Assembly (NCBI GenBank): GCA_046758445.1
Contig: JBHIAE010000024.1
Span: 1-47,735 of the forward strand
From: Candidatus Thorarchaeota archaeon
Lineage (GTDB): Archaea > Asgardarchaeota > Thorarchaeia > Thorarchaeales > Thorarchaeaceae
Reading direction: 5' to 3'
Length of the DNA: 47,735 nucleotides
The notes beneath the pieces were generated by a model. That model saw only the letters and a list, made by a program, of their open reading frames with translations, was not told the DNA's origin and searched no databases. Below are positions 46,897-47,735 of this stretch, one piece after another. A program made the translations under genes and the position numbers. Numbering within the stretch: the stretch's first letter is position 1; every line of letters begins with the position of its first letter.

Positions 46897-47260
46897 GGCT
46901 TCAGAACTGAAGTCGTTGTGATTGTGACAACACCAGCCGGTCCACTCCCTTCAGAAACTGGGATCTAATGTCGTTTCTCGGGTCCTATTCACATGCGCCA
47001 ACTTGAAGGCTCTCGAGGAAATGAGCAGAGTGCCTGAGAGTGTACGACTCTCGAGTCTGGGACCAGTGGTGTGTACGAGCCGTCCGAGCGCGCGTTCTTA
47101 CATAGAGAAGAGCATCTCGACTGGATGGCTAATGCACTCGATTGCTGCAAGGAGAAGAGTGTGGTCCTTCACTGCCGGGGGATTGGGGGGACTGGAAGGA
47201 GGGAGAGTGCAACCTAACTCCTTGTATACACTTAAATATGTGAAGACACACATTGCAAAC

Positions 47261-47536
47261 ATGGCAAATATCACACTCTCACTCCCTGACGATGTGAGAG
47301 AACGAATGAGGAAGTATCCGGAGATCAAGTGGAGCGAGGTCGTGCGCAGGGCGATCTTGGAGTATCTTGACAAACTCATGGGTAGTGAAACACTCGACTC
47401 ATCTCACTATGCAGAGCTCGCAAAGCGCATCGGAGTCAATCTTGAGTCAATCTCCTTGGACAAGGCAGAGGAACACTACAAGAAGATGAGGGACTTGGAA
47501 TGGAAGCGCCACTCTACGACACGAGCATCCTCATAG
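47261..47536 (+). CDS. vapB: RHH antitoxin (VapB-like)
   Basis: MANITLSLPDD....M..YPEIKWSEVVR.AI; overlaps the PIN gene. Confidence 0.85.
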   Translation: MANITLSLPDDVRERMRKYPEIKWSEVVRRAILEYLDKLMGSETLDSSHYAELAKRIGVNLESISLDKAEEHYKKMRDLEWKRHSTTRASS

Positions 47537-47735
47537 AACATATACGTGATGGAGCTGCTGAACTTGAAGGTTCCACGACAATCCTCAACCTGATCGAGTT
47601 CCCAAAAGCGGTCACACTCAAAGGTCTCGACATCATAATCCCGGGAAAGGATGACTATGATAAGGGATTTGAGATCGCAATATTGCTTCTGCAGGCTGGA
47701 ACTCCTATTCCTGCAGTCGATGTTGTTCTTGCTGC
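47500..47735 (+). CDS. vapC: PIN-domain toxin VapC, 3'-truncated (absent from the ORF track)
   Basis: MEAPLYDTSILIE...TTILNLIEFPK...GTPIPAVDVVLA. Confidence 0.85.
   Translation, partial: MEAPLYDTSILIEHIRDGAAELEGSTTILNLIEFPKAVTLKGLDIIIPGKDDYDKGFEIAILLLQAGTPIPAVDVVLA

Noticed and set aside
1-47735. Genome-wide reassignment of TAG to an amino acid
   Set aside because: Core genes (cdc6, csl4, rpoL, tfs, GINS, rpl15e, mvhD) end in TAG at their expected C-termini

Overview
Archaeal chromosomal window. The gene content (PolD DP1, Cdc6/Orc1, PCNA, PriS, GINS, Rpa3-like protein, exosome Csl4, Rpo11, TFS, RNase P proteins, eL15) and the short Zn-ribbon/membrane orphans point to an Asgard archaeon, possibly Thorarchaeia; the taxonomy is inference only. 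Layout: (i) 3' end of a TnpB element, a two-intron tRNA-Ser(CGA), and a small accessory block (HTH x3 plus a duplicated HNH-like Zn finger; a Schlafen/AlbA_2 gene with an in-frame TAG); (ii) a replication/transcription cluster with ORB-like boxes upstream of cdc6; (iii) an hdrC-hdrB-hdrA1-hdrA2/mvhD-orfX-acyl-CoA dehydrogenase cluster; (iv) accessory genes including a corrinoid/methyltransferase pair, a complete 598-aa TnpB element and a stand-alone mvhD; (v) the eL15-RNase P operon, housekeeping and accessory genes, and a truncated VapBC pair. The strongest candidate for a novel system is the pair of diverged TnpB copies. The complete copy has a Fanzor-type rearranged RuvC site (D236 / G339 in place of E / E397 / D431). 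Both copies carry a ~360-nt structured, covarying omega-RNA-like region inside an open reading frame, ending in GGGTTCACTCAC. All calls come from motif recognition by eye; no database searches were run.
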